Shown here one piece after another: positions 9,901-19,972 of a stretch of 20,000 bases of DNA (positions are counted from its first letter, which is position 1; each line of letters opens with the position of its first letter). A program made the position numbers and the translations under genes. The DNA is from Vicugna vicugna (lineage: Eukaryota): assembly GCA_013265495.1 (NCBI GenBank), contig MU058009.1, forward strand, positions 2,908,161 through 2,928,160, read 5' to 3'. The notes beneath the pieces were generated by a model that worked only from the letters and a program-made list of their open reading frames with translations, ran no database searches and was not told the DNA's origin.

Positions 9901-11093
9901 CTTTTTTGATTTCCCTTGAGATGTCCGCTTTGCCCTGTGGATTGGTTAGGAGTGTGTTGTTTATTTCCCTGTGACCTTTCTGTTACTGATTTCTAGTTTG
10001 CTTCCACTGTGGTCAGAGAACACACTCTGTGTGATTTCAGTCCTTCTAAATTTGTTGAGGTTTGTTTTATTGTCCAGGATATGGTCTATCTTGGTATATG
10101 TTCCAAAGGAACCTGTAAAGAGTATGTATTCTGCTGTTTTTGGGGGAAGGGGCTGTTCTAGAAATGTCAGTGAGGTCCTGCTGGGTTGACGATGGTGCCG
10201 AGTTCTTGTGACCTTCTGTCTAAATTTCCTGGTAATTATTGAGATAGTGGTATTGAGGTCCCCAACTATAACTGTGGGTTTGTGTGTTTTTCCCTCTCAG
10301 TTCTATCAGTGTTTGTCTCACATATTTTGCAGCTTTGTTGTTTGGTGCATACACATTTAGGACTGCAGGGGAAGGTCACCTGCAACTGCCAGGTGAGAGT
10401 AGAATTCTGAACCTCTCACATGAGCTCCACTGACACTAGAGGAGGGAGTGTGCTGGGTGACAATGCATCTTGACTTTCCATTAGGTCTCGTCTGACACAA
10501 ACTCTGCAGGTTGGGGGTCACTTCATTATTTCCACGTGGACTGAAGTCCAGGTCTCCATTGGTCTCCACCTACACCCCAGGGGAAGGTGACACCACTGTC
10601 CAGTGGGGCTGAAGCTCCCAGCTCCCTCCTTGCCCTGCTGTGACAGCCCGATGCAGGGGCCTTGGGGGTGTCTCGTTACAGCCCGGGGAAGGAGGTAAAG
10701 AGGAGCTCCCCACTCAGCCGTCACGGGGCCCCAGCATTTTTCTGGGGCATTTGGCTGGAGAAGAGCGGTGATTGTCTGCAAGTGCTTTGTCTCGCTAGGC
10801 TCGCCTTTCCTGGTTCTTTGGCCAAAGACAGAAGGGTTTTGTTGAGAGTTTGTCTGTTTTCTGACACTTGCCGTCCTCTTCAGCTCCAAGTCCGGTGCAC
10901 ATGAGGCAAAAGATAAGCCCAGAGAACTCTCCACTGTGTTGTCATCAGGTCCTGAGGTCCCCAGCCAGTCTCCCTTTTTCTTTCCACCTTTCAGAGTCTT
11001 CTTCTGTTTGTTTTATATATTCTTTCTTTTGTTGTATAAGGTGGAAGGAACGTGAAAAAGCATGTCTGCTCCCTCTTCCCAGGAAAGGAAGTC
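6915..11093 (-). mobile_element. LINE-1 L1MD-type body: 3' region, decayed ORF2, then L1MDa-like 5' UTR (ORF1 deleted)
   Basis: ORF2 C-terminal remnants (MTPKSQSTK..., DKSDFIKIKNVC, GLVSRIYKE...NNPIRK at 7451-7691). The RT FADD-like motif has decayed to LSLFSDT (minus strand, ~8647-8667). EN remnant ends at ~10366, followed by a GC-richer 5' UTR ending 'aggaagtc' at 11093. TSD copy TCCAGCTCTC at 11092-11101. Confidence 0.9.
7729..7851 (+). repeat. Dispersed ~120-bp direct duplicate of 5360-5483
   Basis: Hand alignment gives about 13 substitutions and 2 small indels (~85-90% identity). Both copies read attttacttcatcctc...tggtttctgctgagga.aagtca.atataattattatct...taaaggtaa.gtatttt. Confidence 0.92.
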
Positions 11094-11229
11094 CAGCTCT
11101 CTCTTCGAACCCTCACAGAAGTCATCACAGTGATCCACACTGGGGACTGGGATCTGGGGAAGGGCAGCTTCTATGATTTTTTAATTTAATTTTTTATGCT
11201 TTAAATATATTTAACATGTATACTAAAAA

Positions 11230-11460
11230 TGTATTTAACACTTAATATTAAGCCAGGAACTGTGCAAACTGCTTACAAATATCATTTCAAGTAACCCTCA
11301 CCGTCACCCTTTGTGTGGGCAATGCCTTTACCCTCAATTTACGGATCAGGAAACAGGGGCTGGGTAAGCAGTTTACCAGGAGCCGCACAGATGGCGAGTT
11401 GAGGGCTGTGCTCTGAACCTGCACCTGATTTCAAAGATTCTTCTGAGATGCTAAGTGCTG
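11230..11460 (-). mobile_element. MIR SINE
   Basis: 'tatttaacactt...agccaggaactgtgcaaactgcttaca...aaccctcac...tttacggatcaggaaacagggg...cacagatggcgagt...tgaacctgc', near full-length antisense MIR. Confidence 0.8.
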
Positions 11461-12269
11461 TGTTCTTGTCGGGGGGGCCTCGCAGGCTGCCGGCTTGTTG
11501 ACAGTTGTTGACTGAAGGAGTTATGGTTTGGCCTGAATCTTAGTTGCAGTGGTCACTCGTGCCCCTCAGGATGTCCACTGACCCAGTAGGGCACTGGGGA
11601 CAATTCTTAGAGAGACAAGGGTTGGACCCAGAATTTTAGGGACATCTCTCCCTTTTCTGCCATCGCCAAACCCAAACAAGTCCTTTCCTTTGTAAAGGGT
11701 CTGTTCTGTCTGCCTGCCTCACGGGAACGTGGATTTGTTTAAAAGTTTGACCGGGTTGTTTGAGCCAGCAGCCAACTTTGTTTGTACCCCTGAGCCTCTC
11801 AACTGGAGAGGAAGGCCTTCCGCGTCTAGGGAGTCCCCTGGCTGCGCCCGCGAGTGCGTGTGAGGAGGTCTTCCCCTGTCGTGTGCCTGCTGGGTTTAGC
11901 TCAGGAGGCCTGGTTTAGAAACAAACAGCTAACATTTGTCTGGGGTCTGAACCAACTCCACCAGTCTGACATTCTCTTTAAAGTGCGGTGGTGACTGCGA
12001 AGTATGTGGTGAAGGAAAAAAGGAGCGCCCTTCATACGTCCCACCTCCGCCTCCGGCTGGAGCTGGAAGCCCACTTGTAGCGCTGCGGCCTGTGCGGGGC
12101 CTGCTCCTCCTGGGGAAGCAGCTGGGGGACGCGTCAAAGAGACGGAGTTCAGAATTTGTAGGCTCCTGGGAAACTTAACCACCTGCAGACAAATACGTGG
12201 GTGCTTCCTGATGCTCACCCTCCCATCTTAGAAACTGTGATGAACCCACAGGCAGCGAGAGTGTGTCCA

Positions 12270-12500
12270 ACTTACTGTGATGGAAGGCAGAGGCTTTGGG
12301 AGCAGAGGCGTGCTAGTTCAAGCTCCGCTCCCCTGCCTGTGCTTGCGGATCATTGGGAAGGCTCCTCAACCTCTCTGAGCTTCCACTTCCTCAGCTGTGC
12401 CGTGCGGAGGGCTACACCTGACCCAGGGATGCTGTTGTGAGGATGACATTAGATGGTGACTGGTACAGAGCAAGCCCTCTGCAGACACTCACAACACATG
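12270..12500 (+). mobile_element. MIR SINE
   Basis: 'gaggctttgggagcaga...gttcaagctccgctc...ttgggaaggctcctcaacctctctgagcttccacttcctcagctgt...gctgttgtgaggatgacattagatg'. Confidence 0.85.
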
Positions 12501-13284
12501 ACACGATCAAAACGCACCTTCATGTTCTGTGAGTCTCATCACCCCTTTAAACTTATTCAGTGGGTACAATCTTCCCTTTTCCCTGGAAGGACCCTCCAGC
12601 AGGTACATCTTACCAACACGTCAAGTCCCTAACAGCCCTCAGCTCAGAAACCGCAGTGTCCAGTTGAAGACAGGAATCAAAATTCTGAACTAGATTTTGT
12701 GTTAAACCTCCTTCTCTCTCTTGGCTCAGGTGGGACCCCTCTGGAGCCTGCAGGGAGAGGGAAGTGCTCTGTTTTTCAGCCCTTTCTTCTCATCTTCCTC
12801 TCTTACCTCCTGATTGGTTCCCTCCTTGGATGGGAAGGTGGATGCATACTGGTGAGAAAGGGTAGGGGACGGGGGACACAGGAAAGGTTCCTTCTTCACT
12901 GAAAATTTCCCAGAGTGGCTTTGTGCTTTGGGTGTGCAGAGCAGACTCTACTTGTGGGCACTTTGGTGGGTTCTTCAGACATTCCCGACACCCTCCCTTC
13001 TGCAGACCTCCTCACCCAGTGGATGTAGTTTTACTCTACAGGATTGTGAAAAATGAAACCTAAACAATATTATTTACTTTTTTTTTAAATGGCATCTTTA
13101 TGATTACTTCTTTGGGGATGTGCTAAAAGTACAGTTTACTCAGTGAAAATCAAAACCACAAATAAATTGAGACAAAACATCACCATGAAATGATGGATGA
13201 AAATGGGAAATGCTGTGTTAAGAAAACCATACTTACTGAAATTTTGCACATCCCATTGCAAATGAGGGACAGCATATGGAAGGT

Positions 13285-14140
13285 ATGTGTGCATTTGAAG
13301 TTACCGTGTTATGAGCTTAAAACAGACTGTAACGCATCTATAAGATGTTTTATGTAAGTCTCATGGTAACTGCAAAACAAAAACCTACAGTAGATACAAA
13401 AAAGATAAGGGGAAGGAAATCAAAGCATCCCACTGCAGAAGCTCATCAAACCACAAAGGAAGAGACTAAGAGAGGAAGACGGGGCAAAGGGACTACGCAA
13501 CAGCCAGAAAACACTGAGGAAAATTGCAATATTAAGTGCATACCTATCAATGATTGCTTTAAATGTAAATGGACTAAATTCTCCAATGAAAAGACATAGG
13601 ATGGGTGAATGGATAGGAGTAACAAGACCCAACTACATGCTGCCTACAGGAGACACACTTCAGCTTTAAGGGCACACATAGACTGAAAGTGAAGGGATAG
13701 AGAAAGGTGTGTTCCATTATAAATGGAAACTGAAAAAGAGTAGGGGTAGCTAGCCTTACAGCAGGTAAAATAGACATTAACTGAAAAACTGTCAAAAGAG
13801 TCGAAGAAGGTCATCATGTAATGATAAAGGGGTCAGTTCATCAAGTGGATACAACAACTGTAAAAACTTACGCACCCAACGTAGGAGCACCTGAATAGGT
13901 GCGGCGAACCTCAGCAGGTTTGAAGGGAGGCGTGTACGGTGCAGTAATGGGAGGGGACTTCAGCACCCCGTTTCAATGATGGATAGATCATCCAGACATA
14001 AAATCGACAAGGAAACATCGGATTTAAACTGTTTGTTAGACCAGATGGACCTAACAGACATACAGGACATTCCAGCCAACAGCAGCGGAGACATGTTCTT
14101 CTCCAGCACGCGGGGAGCAGGCTCCAGGACTGATCATGTG
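13285..14140 (+). mobile_element. LINE-1 internal fragment (inter-ORF region plus ORF2 endonuclease N-terminus), L1MA/L1MB-like
   Basis: From ~13540 'tacctatcaatgattgctttaaatgtaaatggactaaattctccaatgaaaagacatagg' translates as YLSMIALNVNGLNSPMKRHR. Later come CCLQETH-, EGHHVMIKGSVHQ- and MDRSSRHKIDKETSDLNCLLDQMDLTDI-like blocks, with stops and frameshifts. Confidence 0.92.
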
Positions 14141-15762
14141 GCCTCATCCACCTGGGCCACGTGCATCTTTCCTTTCTCACCAGTGGCCCCCGCACCAGGT
14201 CAGTCTTCTTCCAGTGGCAAGAAACGCAGTGCGTGCTTTCAGAGGAGTCCCCTAGCAGCCTTGGGGTTGGAAGGTAAACCTCTAGTCGGGGAGGGGAGGG
14301 ACTCTCAGCTCAGCCGCCGCTCTCTCCACAGAACTTTCTTCCTGAACCTTTTCCCAAAACTCTCCGTTTTCTTTCTATGTTGCTGATCTGCCCAAGAGTC
14401 CCAGAGTGGTGCACTTTGTTCTGGAAAATTCACCGTGTGAGGCCTACACGTAGGAATTGGTCTCACACTCCTGGTGGTGTCAACCTTTATTATATAGATT
14501 CTTCTGCTCAAACTATGTGGGCTTCCTTTCATACATTTAGTAGGCTCAGATTTTAAATCCTTTTTATTTACTTGTTTGTTTGTTTAAATCCTTTTAATTT
14601 TAGTTACACTCCCCTCCCTGCCAAATCCCTGCTAATTTCTCCCCTCTTTGCTCTCCTGAGAAATGGCTGGGCACGGTTACCCCACCAAGCCCCTCTCTGA
14701 AGTCTCCCTTGTTCCCCATGATGTTGGAGAACTGGTCCCAGATGGATGGCACTGGTCTTCAGTGCTGAACTCCAGGGCCAGCAGGGGTTCTCACAGAGGG
14801 ACTCAGCTTCAAGTGCGCATTCATTGTGGGTGCAGGTGGGAATGGGAGGGGGCGGAGGGAGGCGAAGACAGGAGGAGCTGGTGAACTAAGAGGCTCACAC
14901 CTCGCTTAGTGGATGGTGCCTGGGGCTCTGCCCTGGGAGCCTCAGCCCAGAGGACAGCCAGGTATCTGGCATGAGGCTGGAGGGAGTCGCAGCTGGGAGA
15001 ACAGAGGGGTGATGGAAGAGAACGCTTCCCTCCAGGCTGCTGGCACCCTGGGCTTCTCCAAGTGTCCTGGAGCTTTCCAGGCGCTTTCCAGGGGACATCT
15101 GTCTGGGCTCTCTTCTGCGCTCACGTCTCTTAGGAAGTCAGACCTCCTGGGGAAGAAGCTCAGTGAGAACCACGAAGGGAGGGGAGTGAAGGGGGCAGAG
15201 GGAGGGGGCTCGGTGCCCCTTCCAGACTGCCCACTGGAGCAGCTGGGTAAGACTCTTGCTGAGCTCCTAGCTCAGGGTCTCTCCAGGAGTGCGAGTGGGC
15301 TGCAGCCCGAGCTCCAAGCGGCCTGGGGAGGAGCCCTGCCCATCCTTCCCCGTTTGGCTGTTTTCCTGCCTGCTGGCTCTGTGGGGGCACACACCTAGTT
15401 GTCACACTGGGGCGCAGGCCAAGTGGCCTCATCTCCCCTGCAGCCTCCACGTGGCTCCTGCTGAAGATTTATGGCTGCTCATTGACTCTGTTCAAGCGGC
15501 TCAGCTCTCGGGAACATCTGCTCTGTGGTGGAGGGAGCTGTGTTTGCAGGGACAGGTGAGGCTCATGGAGGGACAGATGCCTGAACTTCTGCTGCCTGGG
15601 GAAAGCCAGGCTCCCTGTTAGCTCACCAGAGAGCAGACCTTCTCCTCAACTCCATCCATGGTCCCAGAGCTCAGCGGGTCCCGGCACTCTGCCTGGCCCT
15701 CTTCCTCTGGAACCTGCCCTTCTGTTCTGGCTCTGATGGAGGGAGAGACCTGAAGTCCAGAC

Positions 15763-15927
15763 CAGTGGCTCTTAAACCTGGAAGGCTTGTGAAGACACAG
15801 AGTGCTGGGCCCACCCCCAGAATTCCTGATTCAGTAGGTCTGGGGTGGGGCCAACGACTTGCATTTCTAACAAGTTTCCAGGTGATGTGATGCTGTTGGT
15901 CTGGGAGCCCCACTTTGAGAACCACTG
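15763..15927 (-). mobile_element. MER5A (hAT-Charlie MITE) with TIRs and 8-bp TSD
   Basis: Termini CAGTGGCTCTTAAA ... TTTGAGAACCACTG. Internal 'gattcagtaggtctggggtggggcc...gcatttctaacaag'. Flanks GTCCAGAC (15755-15762) and GTCTTGAC (15928-15935) are each one change from GTCTAGAC. Confidence 0.93.
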
Positions 15928-17110
15928 GTCTTGACCAATCCTAAAAGGAGGCTTCTCCCTGGGAAGGTTAGAAGGGTATCAGGGTTGAATCGGAGGATTG
16001 ATTGGCCTTACACTATGCTGATGAAAGACAGATTTGGGTGAGAAAACTTGGAGATGCTGAATTCTAAGCAGAGATTGCAGGGACTCAGGTTACCAAATAC
16101 CGTGAAGATCTCTCAAGGGTCGGAACGGGCTCGAGGCAAATCACTGATTTAATCGGCCCCTTGATGAGCCTCGGAACCCAAGCATCAGACTCCGGGTAGA
16201 GAGCCCCCTGAGCTTGGTTTGTGTGCACAGGGATGGCGCACCTGCTTTGCTGTCCGGGTGTCTGTCTGTTGAAGAGTGTGGACCGCCCAGTGAGCATCGT
16301 GGGAAGAGCGCACATTGCAGTGGCTGAACCATCTGATGGAAGGACTGTCTTCCTGGGAGGCCGAGGGACCCCAGCCTCTTCCTTTGGATGCCTCCTCCCT
16401 ATCTCCTCCCCATGGCCCCCCAGAATGAATGGAGGTGCTGCTTCTTTGTTGCCATGTCAATGCACCTGCTCTGTGTCTGCTCTGCAGGCTCCCGCATCGG
16501 TCTGTTCAGATCACCAGCTCTCAGAAGGCACATGTGGCTTTGGTGCCTGTTTAGCAAAGTGGAGGGTGCATTCAGGCTGAAGCTGAGAGAACCATGCAGT
16601 GATCTGGAGGGTCAGAGCTCCTGTGGAGGGGAGATGACATCTGGGCAGACCAGCGGTGCCGAAGGAGGGCGAGGGTGCTGGACGATGAGTCAGCTCCCCA
16701 AACTACGGTGGTACATGGAAGGCTGGCCCCTTACGAGGTGGACATCTTGAAACGTGACACTCCTCTGAAATCCATCCCTTGAACGCTTCCCGGCCGGGCA
16801 GCCTGGGGAAGGCCGTGTGGGGACGCCGCTCTCCCGAAGACGCTCCCTCTGCCCTTTCCTCTCGCTCCTTCTGGTGCCTGTCTCCCCACAGAGCCCTCAC
16901 TGTTTGGCTTTGGTGATTCCCCCTTCCCAGCGGCCGCCCCGTGGACGTGGGGGTCGTGGGCAGCGTGGAGAGTCGTGGGGCTGGCGCGTTGGGAGATGTT
17001 TCCATTGTCTGCTCTCTCTGTGTAAGTCAGGGTTTAATCAGGGAGGCAGACCCGCTGTGGGGGAAGAGGTTTCTCATAGGGATGGATCCTTACATGATGT
17101 GGGAGGCGCT

Positions 17111-17145
17111 GGGCAGGGTCGGGGGCAGGGTGGGCAGAGTGGGGG
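17111..17145 (+). other. Putative G-quadruplex-forming sequence
   Basis: GGG-CA-GGG-TC-GGGGG-CA-GGG-T-GGG-CAGAGT-GGGGG: six G-runs with short loops. Confidence 0.55.
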
Positions 17146-18404
17146 ATAAGCCCAGGTGCTGAAGCGGCCATGAAGCGGGAGCTGGTGGGGAATTTGACGG
17201 GGGCCAAGTATCTGATGGCCAGGCCCCCGCTGGAGGGCAGGGCTGGACCCACAGGCCCCTCTGCGACAGCCTTGGTGGAGCGGAGGCCTCTGCTCGGTTT
17301 TTGCCTCCAAATCTGCTGGCATTCCCAGAGCCACCCAGGGGAGGGGATTCTAGGAGACAGCTCCAGTGTGACCCAGGTGTCCGCAGGACAACAGCCACAG
17401 TGCGTTTTTGTTTCTTGCTTAGTGTTCAGTGACTTTAATCCCCCTCCCCACCACCCTGCTCTCTGACCACAAACCTTACACCAGACAGGAAAGACCTTTG
17501 GGGAAGGGAAGTCTTTGGGAGAACTTCTTCGCCATAACTAAAATCAACTGGTTTTCCTTAAAAGGCCAAGTCTTCAAGGCCAGCTCCGCACAGACTTCGC
17601 CCCGAGCCCCATAACCAGGGGGCGCAGATGGCCTGGTTTGCCCTGGCTCCAACACACAGCTGTTGTCTGGTAGCGATACTGATGGTGCCTCCTTGCGCTC
17701 TCAAGAGGATGCTGGTTTGGAGGACGAATGGAAGAGTCCCTTGGCCTTTCGCTTAGCATCGAGCTGCACTTGTAGAAGAGGAGGGTGGGGAGCTGAGGGC
17801 AGAGAAGTGGGGCTGCTTGGATTCCCTGGAGCTCCCCTACGGCCTGCCTCTCGGTCACTCAGGTGACTGCACTGCAACATCAAGACCCGTAGCCCATCAG
17901 GGAGAAAGCCAGGCTAAGCTTCCAGGTCCCAGGGCCCCTCCGCTTCCCAGGAGTTTCAGGAAAATACCTGCCATGTGTTCCTGCTCTCCCAGTGCCTCCC
18001 AGTGCCCTATGCCCTGGTCTGGGGTCTGATGGGCGAAGGAAGCACAGCCCCCACCAAGGCCAGCGTGGGGCAGCGCCTGCTGCGGCCTCAGCCCTTCCTC
18101 GTGCTCCCAGGATGTGCGGCCTGCGGTCTGATGCTGCACTTCCTCCTTGGCCGGTTCCTGAGCGCATCACTGCTGGGAGGGGGAGGCCCAGAGCGGGAGG
18201 AGACAAGGGGGCGTGCATGTCAAGGAGCCTCTGCACTGCGGGCAAAGAGGCTCCTTCCAGGAGGGGTCCCATGGGCCCTGGCTCGGGCCCTCGGCGTGCA
18301 GTCTTGGTAAGGTCCCCCGAAGAGGTGGGGCATGGCCAGTGGCTTCTCTGAAGGGCCAACTGTTGGACAATTCTCTAGACAATTCCTTTTTTCCCTCCTT
18401 TGGC

Positions 18405-18625
18405 AGCTCAAGCACAGAGGCCAGGTGGAATCCCAGGTTTGCCTCTGAGCTCCATCCTTTACTAGCTGTGTGATTTTGGATCTATTACTTAACCTCTCTG
18501 AGCCAGTGAGGGGCTGTTCTTCATATGACAGTAGAACAGTAGGTTCCCTGCAGGTTGGAGTTAGGACAGAATGAAGTCAAGGCCTGCAGGGCCCCTCATG
18601 CTGAAACAGAGGCTCAGTTACCATC
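18405..18625 (+). mobile_element. MIR SINE
   Basis: 'tttactagctgtgtgattttggatctattacttaacctctctgagcc' is a MIR core. Downstream 'caggttggagttaggacagaatgaag'. Confidence 0.85.
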
Positions 18626-19009
18626 TCCTTCTTGTTGCTCAAGGCCGCTTTCTTCATTCAGTTTTGGCTCCAGCTGACACTTTCTTGGAGGACTGTGATT
18701 TGATTAAGTCAGTGGTTAATTGAAATGCAAGACTTTCAACATCTGTTTCCGTCAGGTTGCGGTTTAGGACACAGATGAGTGAATGGAATGAATGGAGAAA
18801 TCAGTAGCTTAGCTAAAGGTGATACATGCGGTGGGGAAATAGGATGAATCTTGGCATTACACCTGCCTGCACGAGCTTTCCAGATCTGGGGCAAGAACAT
18901 TCCTCTGGCCCCTACGACATTCTGTCGTAGAGACCACGAAGTCCGGGCCCAAATAGCACAGGGAACCGGGGAGGGGAAGCGCAGGCTTGGTTTCGGGGAG
19001 GGCAGTTGG

Positions 19010-19165
19010 GGTGGGGCTTTGGGCAAGGACACTCTCTGAGCTCACCTTCCTCCTTTTTAAAACCGGGACAGCAGCACCTGCCTCACAGGGTGAAGAGGGA
19101 TAGGAAGACATTGTCCATGTGAGTCAGCGGTTGCCTGGCACTAATTGATGAACGACTCAGTAGCG
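19010..19165 (+). mobile_element. MIR SINE fragment
   Basis: 'ctttgggcaaggacactctctgagctcaccttcctcctttttaaaaccgggacagcagcacctgcctcacagggtg...tgcctggcac'. Confidence 0.75.
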
Positions 19166-19269
19166 CGCTTGGCGACACTGGTCTCCGTTCTCAGTGGTCC
19201 CTCAGATGCAGCTCTGCTCTGCTGCCCCGCATCCTCCAGGTACCTCCTGCTCGTTTCTGCTCGAGTCTT

Positions 19270-19570
19270 ACCTGGGCTACTTTTTGTCCCCTGAAACGCC
19301 TCCCATCCACCCTTTCTCCTGCCCATGTGCTTGCAGACCCTCATGAAGCCCCGTCTCTCCACGAAGACTTCCCGAGGTCCCTGTCTCTCCTCCAAGGTCC
19401 TTCCCCACCTCGGCACGGATCACACGCTGCTTCGGGCTGTCATGTGCCTGTCTGTGGACACACGTGGTCTTCTCTCTGCTGAGATGCTCGGGTCCTCGTG
19501 GACAGGCAGTCTTTCCTTTTTGAGCCCCTCCTGGTACACGTGCTGCGTGCGGTGGTGTCTCATGACTGCT
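19270..19570 (+). mobile_element. LINE-2 3' end relic
   Basis: 'gtctctccacgaagacttcccga...ggcacggatcacacgctg...ggtcctcgtggacaggcagtctttcctttttgagcccc...ggtggtgtctcatga' follows the order of motifs in the L2 3' end. Confidence 0.6.
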
Positions 19571-19972
19571 GCCAGCAGGTCAGATGCACACTCCTCTCCA
19601 GTTCTGAGTTTTTATGGGAAGACAAACTTGAGAACAGTGGAGTGTTTACTCCACAGATTCCTCCATTTCCTAACAATGTTCTCCAGATTGCATCTGTCCT
19701 GCCCTCCACCCTCATTTCCCAATGTGAACTTCTGGGGTTGCAGCAGAAACCCAAGGATGGAATGACCCCAGGGTCCGAGGAGGCTGCAGAAGGCTGCATC
19801 TCAGCTAAGTTAGGAGCCCGATGCCGGGAGTGTAAACATCCTTCCCAGATGAAATACTGGTCCCAGAGCGAGGACTGGTGGCCACCTTGGCCTTCTTTGC
19901 CGTGTAAGACTCGTATCTACAAGTAGTTCTTTTCTAGCCAAGAACGAGCCTCAGCTTTGGAGGACTGACAGT

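Noticed and set aside
7528..10189. Hydrophobic 'membrane-like' ORFs on + strand
   Set aside because: Artefact of translating T-rich antisense L1 ORF2 (F/L/I/S-rich).
10370..10720. Degenerate repeated motifs (gaagtccagg/gaagctcccagct...ccactgacac) as an array or CRISPR-like repeat
   Set aside because: Consistent with the internal repeats of an L1MDa-type 5' UTR. No conserved repeat-spacer periodicity, and the context is mammalian.
13030..13280. AT-rich block possibly from an old DNA transposon
   Set aside because: No TIRs or recognisable consensus match; cannot be supported without a Dfam search.
14913..15398. Longest ORF (161 aa, +)
   Set aside because: Starts at a non-ATG codon, has G/A/L/P/S-rich composition typical of chance ORFs in GC-rich DNA, no recognisable domain, and overlaps similar ORFs in other frames.
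17880..18473. Cluster of overlapping 60-159 aa ORFs on both strands
   Set aside because: Explained by stop-codon scarcity at high GC. No recognisable protein or convincing exon structure.
19325..19926. 146 aa and 142 aa ORFs
   Set aside because: They overlap an L2 relic and resemble no protein family I know.
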